In this document: positions 46,866 through 55,902 of the stretch, in pieces | Layout of the letters: every line of letters starts with the position of its first letter | How positions within the stretch are numbered: position 1 is the stretch's first letter | DNA from: an uncultured Chloroflexia bacterium | GTDB lineage: Bacteria; Chloroflexota; Limnocylindria; Limnocylindrales; CSP1-4 | NCBI GenBank assembly: GCA_963704325.1 | Contig: OY969885.1 | Span: 2,286,770-2,350,769 of the forward strand | Direction of reading: 5' to 3' | Length of the DNA stretch: 64,000 nucleotides | The notes under the pieces: generated by a model | What the model saw: the letters and a program-made list of their open reading frames with translations, nothing else | Told to the model about the DNA's origin: nothing | Database searches by the model: none | Position numbers and translations under genes: made by a program

Positions 46866-47486
46866 GTGACGCTGCCGCTGGCGACAGCCATCGTGCTGCT
46901 TGCCGTGCCGCTGCTCGTGCTGCTCACTCCGCTGTGGGTCCACGCGGCGCTCGACGTGGCCGGTGGCAGTGTGGCCGGCGGGGACCGTGCCGCGGCGCAT
47001 GCTGCCTCTGACGCGACGGTCGGCCAACTGGTGCTGGGCGGCAGCTTCGACGTTGCCGCGCCGGACGGCTCGCCGCTCTACACCGCTGAGGAGCGGGGCC
47101 ACATGCGTGATGTTCGGCTGGTGCTGTACGGGTTCCTCGCCCTGGGTGCGGCCAGCGCCGCGATCGTGGCCTATGCCGCGACGCGCTACTCAACGGAGCG
47201 GGCGACGTGGCACGCGATCCGCCGCGGAGCTGTCCTGCTCGCCGCCGCGCTGATCGTCCTTGGCGTGGTTGGCCTTCTCGCCTTCGGAGTCGCGTTCGAG
47301 CTCTTCCATCGCATCCTCTTCCCGGGCGGTAACTGGGCCTTTCCGGCCGACTCGAACCTGATCAAGCTGTACCCGTACGCCTTCTGGCAGCTCAGCGCCG
47401 GCGCCCTGGGTCTGCTGGCCCTGGCTGGTGCGGCACTTACCTGGATGTATGCCCGGCGCCAGGGTCGCCGGCAGATCTGGACGTGA
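46866..47486 (+). CDS. integral membrane protein (DUF1461/TIGR01906-like)
   Basis: It has 4 predicted TM helices and the conserved FHRILFPGGNWAFP segment. The start is uncertain (GTG 46866 chosen; the open frame extends back to 46758). Confidence 0.45.
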   Translation: MTLPLATAIVLLAVPLLVLLTPLWVHAALDVAGGSVAGGDRAAAHAASDATVGQLVLGGSFDVAAPDGSPLYTAEERGHMRDVRLVLYGFLALGAASAAIVAYAATRYSTERATWHAIRRGAVLLAAALIVLGVVGLLAFGVAFELFHRILFPGGNWAFPADSNLIKLYPYAFWQLSAGALGLLALAGAALTWMYARRQGRRQIWT

Positions 47487-48754
47487 CCACGATGGTCGGG
47501 GCAGAGGCGCTCCTGACGCTGGACGAGGCGCGCGAGCAGATGCTGGCCGGCGTCACAGCTCTGCCGTCCGAACAAGTGCCCCTGGCGGAAGCGGCGGGCC
47601 GCGTGCTGGCCCAGGCGATCACGAGCCTGCTGACCGTCCCGCCGTGGGACAACAGCGCGATGGACGGCTTTGCCGTGCGCGCCGCAGACGTCGAGTTCGC
47701 GACCATTGACGCGCCGGTGGTGCTGCCCGTGGTCGGTGAATCGGCCGCCGGGCGCGCTCTGGACGCGTCAGTCGAGGTGGGCACGGCCGTTCGCATCCTG
47801 ACCGGAGCGCCGATGCCGCCAGGCGCGGACACGGTCGTGCCGGTGGAGGACACGGACGCGCCGATGGGCGCCGCCGAGCTGCCCGGCCACGTGTCGATCA
47901 GGCGGCCGCGACCGGTCGGGGCACACGTCCGACGCGCAGGTGGCGACCTGCGCGAGGGCATGGCGCTGCTGGACGCCGGCACGGAGCTGACGCCGGCTCA
48001 GCTGGCCCTCATCGCCGCCGGCGGACACGGTCGCGTGACGGTCCATCGGCGGCCTCGTGTCGCGGTGATGAGCACCGGCGACGAGCTCGTCGTGCCCGGC
48101 GAGGCGCTCGGTCCCGCGCAGATCCCGGACAGCAACTCGATCAGCCTGATTGCGCTCGCTGTGGCGTGCGGGGCGGAGGCACGCTCGCTGGGCATCGGTC
48201 GCGACTCTCTCGCGGACGTGATCGGGCGCCTTGAGCGGGGGCTGGAATGGGCGGACGTGATCATCGCCAGTGGCGGCGTGTCGGTCGGCGCGCACGACGT
48301 CGTCAAGGACGCGTTCGGCCATGTGGGCCGGATCGACCTGTGGCGGGTCGCGGTCCAGCCGGGCAAGCCGGTTGCCTTCGGGCGTGCCCCACGCAGGCAG
48401 GGGAGCGGCGAGGTGCTGCTTTTCGGCCTGCCCGGCAATCCGGTCAGCAGCCAGGTCACCTTCGAGCTCTTTGTGCGCCCGGCCCTGCGGCGCATGGCGG
48501 GCCACCATGACGTCCTCGGACGTGAGATCGTTCGCGCACAGATGAGTGACAGGGTGAGCAAGGCTCCGGGCAGGCGCGCCTTTCTCCGCGTGCGCCTGGT
48601 CAATTCGGGCAGCGGCTGGCTGGCCGAGCTCGCCGGCGGGCAGGAATCGCACATGCTCAGGGCGCTGGCGGCGGCCGATGGACTGGCCATCATCCCGGAG
48701 GCGGTCGACACGGTTGAGCCGGGCACCGAAGTGGAGGTCATTCGCCTGCGATGA
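47483..48754 (+). CDS. moeA: molybdopterin molybdotransferase
   Basis: The motifs PPWDNSAMDGFAV and GGVSVGAHD are present, and the overall four-domain MoeA layout is recognisable. Confidence 0.85.
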   Translation: MTTMVGAEALLTLDEAREQMLAGVTALPSEQVPLAEAAGRVLAQAITSLLTVPPWDNSAMDGFAVRAADVEFATIDAPVVLPVVGESAAGRALDASVEVGTAVRILTGAPMPPGADTVVPVEDTDAPMGAAELPGHVSIRRPRPVGAHVRRAGGDLREGMALLDAGTELTPAQLALIAAGGHGRVTVHRRPRVAVMSTGDELVVPGEALGPAQIPDSNSISLIALAVACGAEARSLGIGRDSLADVIGRLERGLEWADVIIASGGVSVGAHDVVKDAFGHVGRIDLWRVAVQPGKPVAFGRAPRRQGSGEVLLFGLPGNPVSSQVTFELFVRPALRRMAGHHDVLGREIVRAQMSDRVSKAPGRRAFLRVRLVNSGSGWLAELAGGQESHMLRALAAADGLAIIPEAVDTVEPGTEVEVIRLR

Positions 48755-49317
48755 GTGGCGACAGGGGTGACAAGCCGCGCTTCGAGCGCCGCCGGCTGAC
48801 GCACGTCAGTCGTGGCGGGCGGCCGCGCATGGTCGACGTGAGCGCCAAGCCGCCCACCCAGCGGCGGGCAGTCGCGGAGGCGTTCGTGACTCTGGACCAG
48901 GAGACGATCACGCTCATCGTGGACGGCCAGATGACGAAGGGCGACGTTCTGACCGTGGCCGAGATGGCCGGCGTGATGGGCGGCAAGCGGACGTCTGAGC
49001 TCATCCCGCTGTGCCACCCGATAGCGCTCACGGACCTGGTCGTTGAGATCACGCCCGAGCGTGCCGCGGGCGGCCTGCGCATCAGGGCCAGCGCTGCGAC
49101 CGTAGGTTCGACGGGCGTCGAGATGGAGGCACTCACCGCAGCTACGGTGGCCGCGCTGACCGTGTACGACATGGTCAAGAGCGCAGATCGCAGCGCGGCC
49201 ATTCGCGACGTCCAGCTGCTCGAGAAGTCGGGTGGCAAGTCAGGAGATTGGCGGCGTCCGGCGGGGGAGGAGCGTCCCCAGCCGCAGAAGCGCGGCTCGT
49301 GGCGCAAGCGACCGTGA
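48751..49317 (+). CDS. moaC: cyclic pyranopterin monophosphate synthase accessory protein MoaC
   Basis: The motifs LTHVSRGGRPRMVDVSAK...GVEMEALTAATVAALTVYDM are present. The start overlaps the moeA stop. Confidence 0.85.
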   Translation: MSGDRGDKPRFERRRLTHVSRGGRPRMVDVSAKPPTQRRAVAEAFVTLDQETITLIVDGQMTKGDVLTVAEMAGVMGGKRTSELIPLCHPIALTDLVVEITPERAAGGLRIRASAATVGSTGVEMEALTAATVAALTVYDMVKSADRSAAIRDVQLLEKSGGKSGDWRRPAGEERPQPQKRGSWRKRP

Positions 49318-49817
49318 GCGGCACGAGGGCTGCGCTGGTGCTGACGGTGAGCGACGGGGTGGCCAATGGAACGCGACAGGACGAGAGCGGCGAGGCGCTG
49401 GCCCGGCGCCTGAACGAGCTGGGCTTCGAGGTCGAGCGTGCTGTGGTTGCAGACGAGATGGAACAGATCGCGGGCGCCGTGAGCGAGGCCACGCGCCGCT
49501 TCGCGTTGGTGGTCAGCACCGGCGGCACAGGCCTCGGTCCGCGCGACCGCACGACCCAGACGCTCCACGCGCTGCTCGACTACCCGATCCCGGGATTCGG
49601 AGAGCAGATGCGCGCCTACGGGCGTTCACGAACGCCGATGGCTGACCTCTCGCGCAGCCTGGCCGGCGTGCTGGGTTCGATGCTCGTCATTGCCGTGCCG
49701 GGCAGCCCCGGCGGAGCGCTCGACTCACTGACCGCCGTGGAGCCGATCCTGGACCACGCGCTCCAGACCCTGGGCGGCCACACGCAGCACGCGCAAGAGC
49801 CCGGGCATACCGACTGA
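49299..49817 (+). CDS. mog: molybdopterin adenylyltransferase MogA/MoaB-type
   Basis: The motifs AALVLTVSD and GGTGLGPRD are present. A GTG start at 49299 overlaps the moaC end by 19 nt. Confidence 0.7.
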   Translation: MAQATVSGTRAALVLTVSDGVANGTRQDESGEALARRLNELGFEVERAVVADEMEQIAGAVSEATRRFALVVSTGGTGLGPRDRTTQTLHALLDYPIPGFGEQMRAYGRSRTPMADLSRSLAGVLGSMLVIAVPGSPGGALDSLTAVEPILDHALQTLGGHTQHAQEPGHTD

Positions 49818-49827
49818 TGGCCGGCCG

Positions 49828-51895
49828 ATGACCGAGCACGTTCCGCTCTATCCGCTCGCGCCGCTCCTGTTCACCTTCGCGCTTGTCCTGTTCGGCCTGC
49901 TCATGGCCCGCCACCTGCGGGTCTTCGCCGTGGCCCGCCCGGCACAGATCGGCGACGACCCGGGCCGGCTGCAGTCGATGTTCGTGTACGCCGTGGCCCA
50001 GGTGCGCATGTTTCGCGACCTGGACGCTGGGCTGCTCCACGCGGCCATCTTCTGGGGCTTCGTGACCCTGACCATCGGCACAGCCGATCGCGTCGCGTTC
50101 GGTCTGGTCGAGCACCTTGTCCGGCCGCAGCTGGACGGCTGGCTGTGGCGCCTGCTCGTGCTCGGCCAGAACATGTTCATCCTGGGCGTGCTGGGCGGTG
50201 TGGGCTACGCCCTCTTTCGCCGGCTGGTGTGGCGCTACCCGCGGCGCACGACGCTGTCTCGCGACGGCGTGCTCATCCTGCTGCTCATCGGTGGCGTAGT
50301 CGTAACCGAGTGGTTCGCCGAGGCATTCCGGCTGGCCCGCTTCGGCGACCCGGACGCGGGCTGGGCGGTCGCCGCGGCACCGCTGGCGACCGTGCTCGGT
50401 GCCGTGCCGGCTGGGGCGCAGGAAGCCGGATACGGCGTGTTCTTCTGGGCCAACGTCGTGCTGGTCAGCGGCTTCCTGGTCTACCTGCCGGGCTCCAAGC
50501 ACCTGCACATCGTGACCGCCTTCTTCAACGCCGCGCTGCGCAAGATGAAGCCGCGCGGCGAGCTGCCCGCGATCGATCTGGAAGCGGAGGACGCCCGCTT
50601 CGGCATCAAGACGATCGAGGACCTCTCGTGGAAGGACCTCCTGGACGGGTTCACGTGCACCGAGTGCGGACGCTGCCAGGAGGCGTGTCCGGCGTGGGTC
50701 ACGGGCAAGCCGCTCAATCCCAAGACGATGATCATGGGCATCCGTGAGATGGCCGTCGAGGCAGAGGTCGGCGTACCGCTCATCCCGTTCATCAAGCCGG
50801 CAACTGAGCAGCTCGCCCGGCCGGTGGTCGACAACGCCATCCCGTACGACGCGGTGTGGGACTGCGTGACCTGTGGGGCGTGCGTGGAGGCGTGCCCGGT
50901 GATGATCGAGCACGTCGACAAGATCGTTGGCCTGCGCCGCAACCTGGTGCTCGAGGAGAGTCGCTTCCCGGAGGAGCTCACCGCGTCGTTCAACAACCTG
51001 GAGCGCTACTCGAACATCTGGGGCCAGCCGCAGTCGGCGCGCCTGGACTGGGCCAAGGGGCTGGCGTTCGAAGTGCCCACCGCGGCGTCGGTCGTGGAAG
51101 CAAGGCGGCGCGGACGCGGTCAGCGAGCTCGAGTGCCTGTACTGGGTGGGCTGCGCAGCATCGTTCGACGACCGCAATCGGCGCGTCGCCCGCGCAGTCG
51201 TCTCATGCCTCAATGCGGCCGGCGTGAAGTACGCGGTGCTGGGCCAGGAGGAATCGTGCACGGGGGATCCGGCACGCCGGATGGGCAACGAGTACGTCTT
51301 CCAGATGCTCGCCAGCGGCAATGTCGAGACGCTCAACCGCTACAAGCCAAAGACGATCGTCACCGCCTGCCCGCATTGCTTCAACACGATCGGCAACGAG
51401 TACTCGCAGCTGGGCGGCTCATACAGCGTGGTGCACCACTCGCAGTACCTGGCGCGGCTGGTGGAGGAGGGCCGCCTGCGCGTCGACAAGCGCAGCCAGC
51501 AGAGCGTCACGCTGCACGACTCGTGCTACCTGACGCGCTACAACGGCGTCATCAGCGAGACGCGCGCGGTGCTCAACGCGGTGCCCGGCATCGAGCTGCG
51601 CGAGATGGACAAGAACGGCCGCGACACGTTCTGCTGCGGCGCCGGCGGCGGGCGGATGTGGATGGAAGAGAAGCGCGGCGTGCGGATCAACGCGGAGCGG
51701 ACGAAGCAGGCGCTCGCCACCGGCGCCGAGGCGGTGGCCACCGCGTGCCCCTTCTGCCTGGTCATGATGCGCGATGGCGTGGCCGACTCGGGCGCCAAGG
51801 GCGAGGGCGTGGCGGTACAGGACATTGCCGAGATCTTCGCCGCCGGCCTGGCCGCCCCGGGCACGAACGCGCGATCGCTGCCGGTCATCCAGTAG
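49828..51895 (+). pseudogene. etfD: membrane-bound iron-sulfur oxidoreductase EtfD-like (NarI-like cytochrome b domain + 2x[4Fe-4S] + two CCG domains), one frameshift near 51100
   Basis: The N-terminus has ~5 TM helices with conserved His. The ferredoxin motifs are CTECGRCQEACP and CVTCGACVEACP. The CCG domains (CCGAGGG, ACPHC, ACPFC) continue in frame 50927-51895. The gene is adjacent to an acyl-CoA dehydrogenase and etfBA. Confidence 0.7.
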
Positions 51896-51962
51896 GCGGA
51901 GCGGGACTCCAGCTTCTAGCACGCGGGGCTGCGCCGATCGCGCCTCCGCTAGCATCGGCCGC

Positions 51963-53120
51963 GTGACGACACTCAACGACGAGCAGGCCGCGCTGCGCGA
52001 CGCGGTGCGCGAGCTGGCCCAGGAGAAGGTCGCGCCGCGCGCCGCGGAGATCGACCGGAGCGGCGAGTTCCCACACGACATCGTCGAGCTGCTGGCCCAG
52101 CATGACGTTCTTGCGTTGCCATTCCCGGTCGAATACGGCGGCCTGGGCGCGGACATGCTGACCACGCTGGTTGCTATCGAAGAGCTCAGCCGGGTGTGCG
52201 CGTCGAGCGGCCTCATCCCTGCCGTCCAGGAGCTGGGCTCGTTGCCGCTGCTGAACGCCGGGACGGACGAGCAGAAACAGCGCTGGATCCCCGACCTGGC
52301 CGCGGGCAAGATGCTCGCCGCGTTCGCGCTGACGGAGTCGGGTGCCGGCTCGGACGCCGCCAACGCCCGGACGCGCGCCACGCGCGACGGCGACGACTGG
52401 GTGATCAACGGCGAGAAGCGCTTCATCAGCCAGGGCGACGTGGCCGGCCTGGTCGCGGTCTTCGCGGTGACGGACACGGATCCGGCGCTGGTCAAGGCAC
52501 ACCGGCACATGACCTGCTTCTACGTCGAGAAGGGCACGCCCGGCTTCAGCGCCCCGCGCGTGGAACACAAGATGGGCATCCGTGGCTCGACCACGGCCGA
52601 GCTCGCATTTAGCAACGCACGCGTGCCCGATGCCAATCGAGTCGGCGAGCAGGGTGATGGCTGGGCACTGGCGATGAAGACGTTCGAGCGCTCGCGCCCG
52701 GGGATCGCCGCCCAGGCGGTGGGCATCGCCCAGGGCGCGCTCGACGTCGCCACGCGTTACGCGTCGGAGCGAAAGCAGTTTGGGCGCCGGATCGGCGAGC
52801 TGCAGATGGTGGCCCAGATGCTCGCCGACATGGCCACTCGGACAGAGGCGGCACGCCAGCTCCTGTGGACCGCGGCGGAGAGGATCGAGGCAGGCGACGC
52901 GCATGCCACGCGCTGGGCCGCGATGTCCAAGCTCTTTGCCGGGGACACGGCGATGGCAGTCACCACTGACGCCGTCCAGGTGCTGGGCGGCTACGGCTAC
53001 ACGACCGAGTATCCGGTCGAGCGGATGATGCGTGACGCCAAGATCACCCAGCTCTACGAAGGTACTCAGCAGATTCAGCGACTGATCATCGCGCGCGACC
53101 TGATCAACTCGGTCAGCTAG
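51963..53120 (+). CDS. acyl-CoA dehydrogenase
   Basis: 385 aa with GTG start. The ACAD fold is present, with the catalytic Glu near the C-terminus (YEGTQQIQRLIIAR). Confidence 0.85.
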   Translation: MTTLNDEQAALRDAVRELAQEKVAPRAAEIDRSGEFPHDIVELLAQHDVLALPFPVEYGGLGADMLTTLVAIEELSRVCASSGLIPAVQELGSLPLLNAGTDEQKQRWIPDLAAGKMLAAFALTESGAGSDAANARTRATRDGDDWVINGEKRFISQGDVAGLVAVFAVTDTDPALVKAHRHMTCFYVEKGTPGFSAPRVEHKMGIRGSTTAELAFSNARVPDANRVGEQGDGWALAMKTFERSRPGIAAQAVGIAQGALDVATRYASERKQFGRRIGELQMVAQMLADMATRTEAARQLLWTAAERIEAGDAHATRWAAMSKLFAGDTAMAVTTDAVQVLGGYGYTTEYPVERMMRDAKITQLYEGTQQIQRLIIARDLINSVS

Positions 53121-53179
53121 CGCGACGGCAATGCCGGATGGTCCGGGCTTGTCAGGTTGCAACACTCCCGTTAGGCTGG

Positions 53180-53545
53180 CGCGGTCCGTGTAAGGGGAGA
53201 AGTTGGCCGGCTCGGGGCCGTGAACTTGCGAGCCGATCGACCAGAGCGCGCACAGGCCGTATCAAGGTGTGTGCTCGGTCATGCCAGTGACTCCTCGAAC
53301 CATGCGCCCGTTCTGGGCGCCCATGAAAGGGGAGCAATGAATCGCATCGTGGCTGCGCCGTGACGGTCTCACGTGCCTCAGCGAGCCCGCCGCCAGCAGA
53401 CTGACTGCGGACCCGGCCCCAGCCGGCCTCCGTCACAGGTCACCGCCGACCACTGCGCTCCCGCCCCAGCGGGATCAGGTCCGCCCCAGCGGATTGCGCG
53501 CCAGATCGTGGGCGGCACCAGCGGCACATAACCGTTTTGTCAAAG
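53180..53545 (+). promoter_or_regulatory. long structured leader upstream of a NlpC/P60 gene, candidate cyclic-di-AMP (ydaO-type) riboswitch
   Basis: The ~430-nt ORF-free gap contains three AAGGGGAG repeats (~53200, ~53325 and the RBS at 53543) and several ACGG / CCGA elements. The riboswitch assignment is not verified by covariance modelling. Confidence 0.2.
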
Positions 53546-53556
53546 GGGAGTCAAAG

Positions 53557-54051
53557 TTGTCCAGGTTTCGAATACTTCTATCCGCCGTCGCCCTCGCCGT
53601 GGGACTGGTGGGCATCCAGATCCAGTCCGTCGCCGCGGCCGAGACGTACAGCGACGCTCAGGCGAGCTCGGTCTACTCGTTCGCCCAGCGCCAGCTCGGC
53701 AAGCCGTTCCAGTTGGGCGCCAACGGGATGCGCAAGTTCGACTGCTCGGGTCTGGTCTATCGAACATACGCGGAGAACGGGCTGGTCAACCGCATCGGCG
53801 GCAACCGCACCGCGAACGGCTACTACAACTGGTTCAAGCAGCGTGGCCGGATCACCAGCAACCCGCGCCCGGGCGATCTCGTCGTGTGGGCAAAGAGGGG
53901 CCAGCGCGTCAGCCACATCGGCATCTTCAAGGGCTACAAGAATGGCCGGGCGATGGCGCTCAGCGCGCTGACCAGCGGCGTTGCCGTGCACAGCGTCAAG
54001 GGCATCAACAAGCCGTTCAAGGCATACCTGCGCGTAGACCTCTCGCGCTAG
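53557..54051 (+). CDS. NlpC/P60-family peptidoglycan endopeptidase (C40)
   Basis: A signal peptide is present. The catalytic Cys is in FDCSGLVYRTY and the His in VSHIGIF. A TTG start at 53557 lies 7 nt after AAAGGGGAG. Confidence 0.75.
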   Translation: MSRFRILLSAVALAVGLVGIQIQSVAAAETYSDAQASSVYSFAQRQLGKPFQLGANGMRKFDCSGLVYRTYAENGLVNRIGGNRTANGYYNWFKQRGRITSNPRPGDLVVWAKRGQRVSHIGIFKGYKNGRAMALSALTSGVAVHSVKGINKPFKAYLRVDLSR

Positions 54052-54142
54052 GCTCGCTCTCCCACTCCTGAAACAGGGCCGGCACCCCTCGCCGGCCCTG
54101 TTTCTTCATGTTTCGCTACCCTTCGGCGGCAAGGGAGGACCA

Positions 54143-54916
54143 GTGGATATCGTCGTTCTGTTCAAGGCCGTGCCGGTTGTGGGCACTGAGCGCCTGTCGC
54201 CGGAGTTGCTCACCGAGCGCAACACGCAGCTCGAGGCGAATGGCAACGACGAGTACCTGCTCGAGAAGGCGCTCAAGCTGACCGAGGCGCACGGCGGTGA
54301 GGTCACGCTGCTGAGCGTCGGCCCGGCGAACGCCACGGAGCCGCTGCGCAAGGCCCTGGCAATGGGCGCCACGCGCGCCGTCCACGTTGCCGACGAGGCG
54401 CTCAAAGGCTCTGACATGCGCGCCACGCTGGACGTGCTCGTGGCCGCGCTGGGCAAGCTCACGTACGACGCCGTGTTCGCCGGCGCCGACACGTCCGATG
54501 GCCAGGGCGGCGTCCTGGGCGCGGCGATCGCGGCCCGACTGGGTCAGCCGTACCTTTCCTACGCGTCAGAGATCGAGCCGACGGAGGCCGGGCTGCGCGT
54601 CCATCGCCTGAGCGCGGCGGGATATGACGTGCTCGAGGCGCCCACGCCGGCGGTGGTCATGGGCACACAGCTGCTCGGAGCGCCGCGCTATCCATCGTTG
54701 CGCGGCATCATGCAGGCGCGCTCCAAGCCGATCGAGACCTGGTCGCTGGCCGACCTGGGCATTGGCGCCGCGGACGTCGGCAGTGGCGCGGCGACTACGC
54801 GCACGATCGGGGCCGACGCACCACCTCAGCGCGCCGGCGCAACGTTCGTGCGCGAGCCGGCAGAGGTCGCCGTGGCCCAGGTCGTGGATTTCCTCGCCGC
54901 GCGGAGGCTCATCTGA
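54143..54916 (+). CDS. etfB: electron transfer flavoprotein beta subunit
   Basis: It begins MDIVVLFKAVPV. The AMP-binding region is present. Start is GTG after AAGGGAGGA. Confidence 0.85.
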   Translation: MDIVVLFKAVPVVGTERLSPELLTERNTQLEANGNDEYLLEKALKLTEAHGGEVTLLSVGPANATEPLRKALAMGATRAVHVADEALKGSDMRATLDVLVAALGKLTYDAVFAGADTSDGQGGVLGAAIAARLGQPYLSYASEIEPTEAGLRVHRLSAAGYDVLEAPTPAVVMGTQLLGAPRYPSLRGIMQARSKPIETWSLADLGIGAADVGSGAATTRTIGADAPPQRAGATFVREPAEVAVAQVVDFLAARRLI

Positions 54917-55902
54917 TGGCCGTCGTGTGGGCTGTCGGCGAGATCGTCGATGGCGCGCCAAGCAAGCTCACCCTGGAGCTCGCCACTCTCGCGCACCAGC
55001 TGGCGGAGGCCGCGGGCGGCGAGGCGCGGACGGTGCTCGTTGGCCAGAACACGGCACAGGCAGCGGCCGAGGCAGCCGCGTACGGACCCGGCGTGCTGGC
55101 AGTTGAGGTGGACGCGGCACTCGCCGATCGGCCGTCGGCCGCCGTCGTGGCGCCGCGCGTGGCCGCACTCGTGGCAGAGCACAAGCCTGATTTCCTGCTC
55201 ATCGGCGCATCGAACGACGGCAAGGACGTCTGCGGCCTGCTGCTCGGGTTGACGGACCTGCCCATGCTCGCCAACGCGGCCGGTGTCGAGTGGCAGGGCA
55301 GCGCGCCCAAGGTGGAGATGAGCACCTTCGGCGGCAAGCTCGTGACGCACAGCACCTTCGTCGGCGAGCGGGGCATGGTCGTCGTCCGGCCGGGCACGGT
55401 GGCGGCCCAGAAGGCCGATGCGCCGGGCAGCGTCGAGAGCGTGTCGGTGAACGCCGGCGCCGAGCTGGCCGAAGTGCGCGTGACGCAGCGCGTTGAGGAG
55501 GAAGGTGCCGCCGCGCCCATCGAGGACGCGCGGATCATCGTGGGTGCCGGGCGCGGCGTCGGCAGCGCCGACGGCCTCAAGCTGGTCGAGGAGCTGGCCC
55601 AGGCAATGGGCGGAGCAGTGGGTGCGACGCGCGCGGTGGTCGACTCGGGCTGGATCGGCTACGGCCAACAGATCGGCCAGACGGGCAAGATCGTCAAGCC
55701 CGCGCTATACGTCGCGTGCGGCATCAGTGGCGCGATCCAGCACAAGGTCGGCGTGCAGACGGCGGGCACGATCGTGGCCATCAACCGCGACCCGGATGCG
55801 CCGATTGCCGAGTTTGCCGACCTCTTCGTGGTTGGCGACCTGCTCGAGATCCTGCCCCGCCTGACAGAGGCGATCCAGGCGCGCAGGTCAGGCGGAGGCT
55901 GA
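54916..55902 (+). CDS. etfA: electron transfer flavoprotein alpha subunit
   Basis: The C-terminal FAD-binding motif PALYVACGISGAIQHKVG is present. The gene is start/stop coupled with etfB (ATGA). Confidence 0.85.
   Translation: MAVVWAVGEIVDGAPSKLTLELATLAHQLAEAAGGEARTVLVGQNTAQAAAEAAAYGPGVLAVEVDAALADRPSAAVVAPRVAALVAEHKPDFLLIGASNDGKDVCGLLLGLTDLPMLANAAGVEWQGSAPKVEMSTFGGKLVTHSTFVGERGMVVVRPGTVAAQKADAPGSVESVSVNAGAELAEVRVTQRVEEEGAAAPIEDARIIVGAGRGVGSADGLKLVEELAQAMGGAVGATRAVVDSGWIGYGQQIGQTGKIVKPALYVACGISGAIQHKVGVQTAGTIVAINRDPDAPIAEFADLFVVGDLLEILPRLTEAIQARRSGGG

Noticed and set aside
48751-49817. MoaC-MogA fusion
   Set aside because: The two domains are in different frames, with a plausible GTG start for mog inside the 19-nt overlap. 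They are treated as two overlapping genes rather than a fusion. Because this assembly has many indels, a true fusion cannot be fully excluded.
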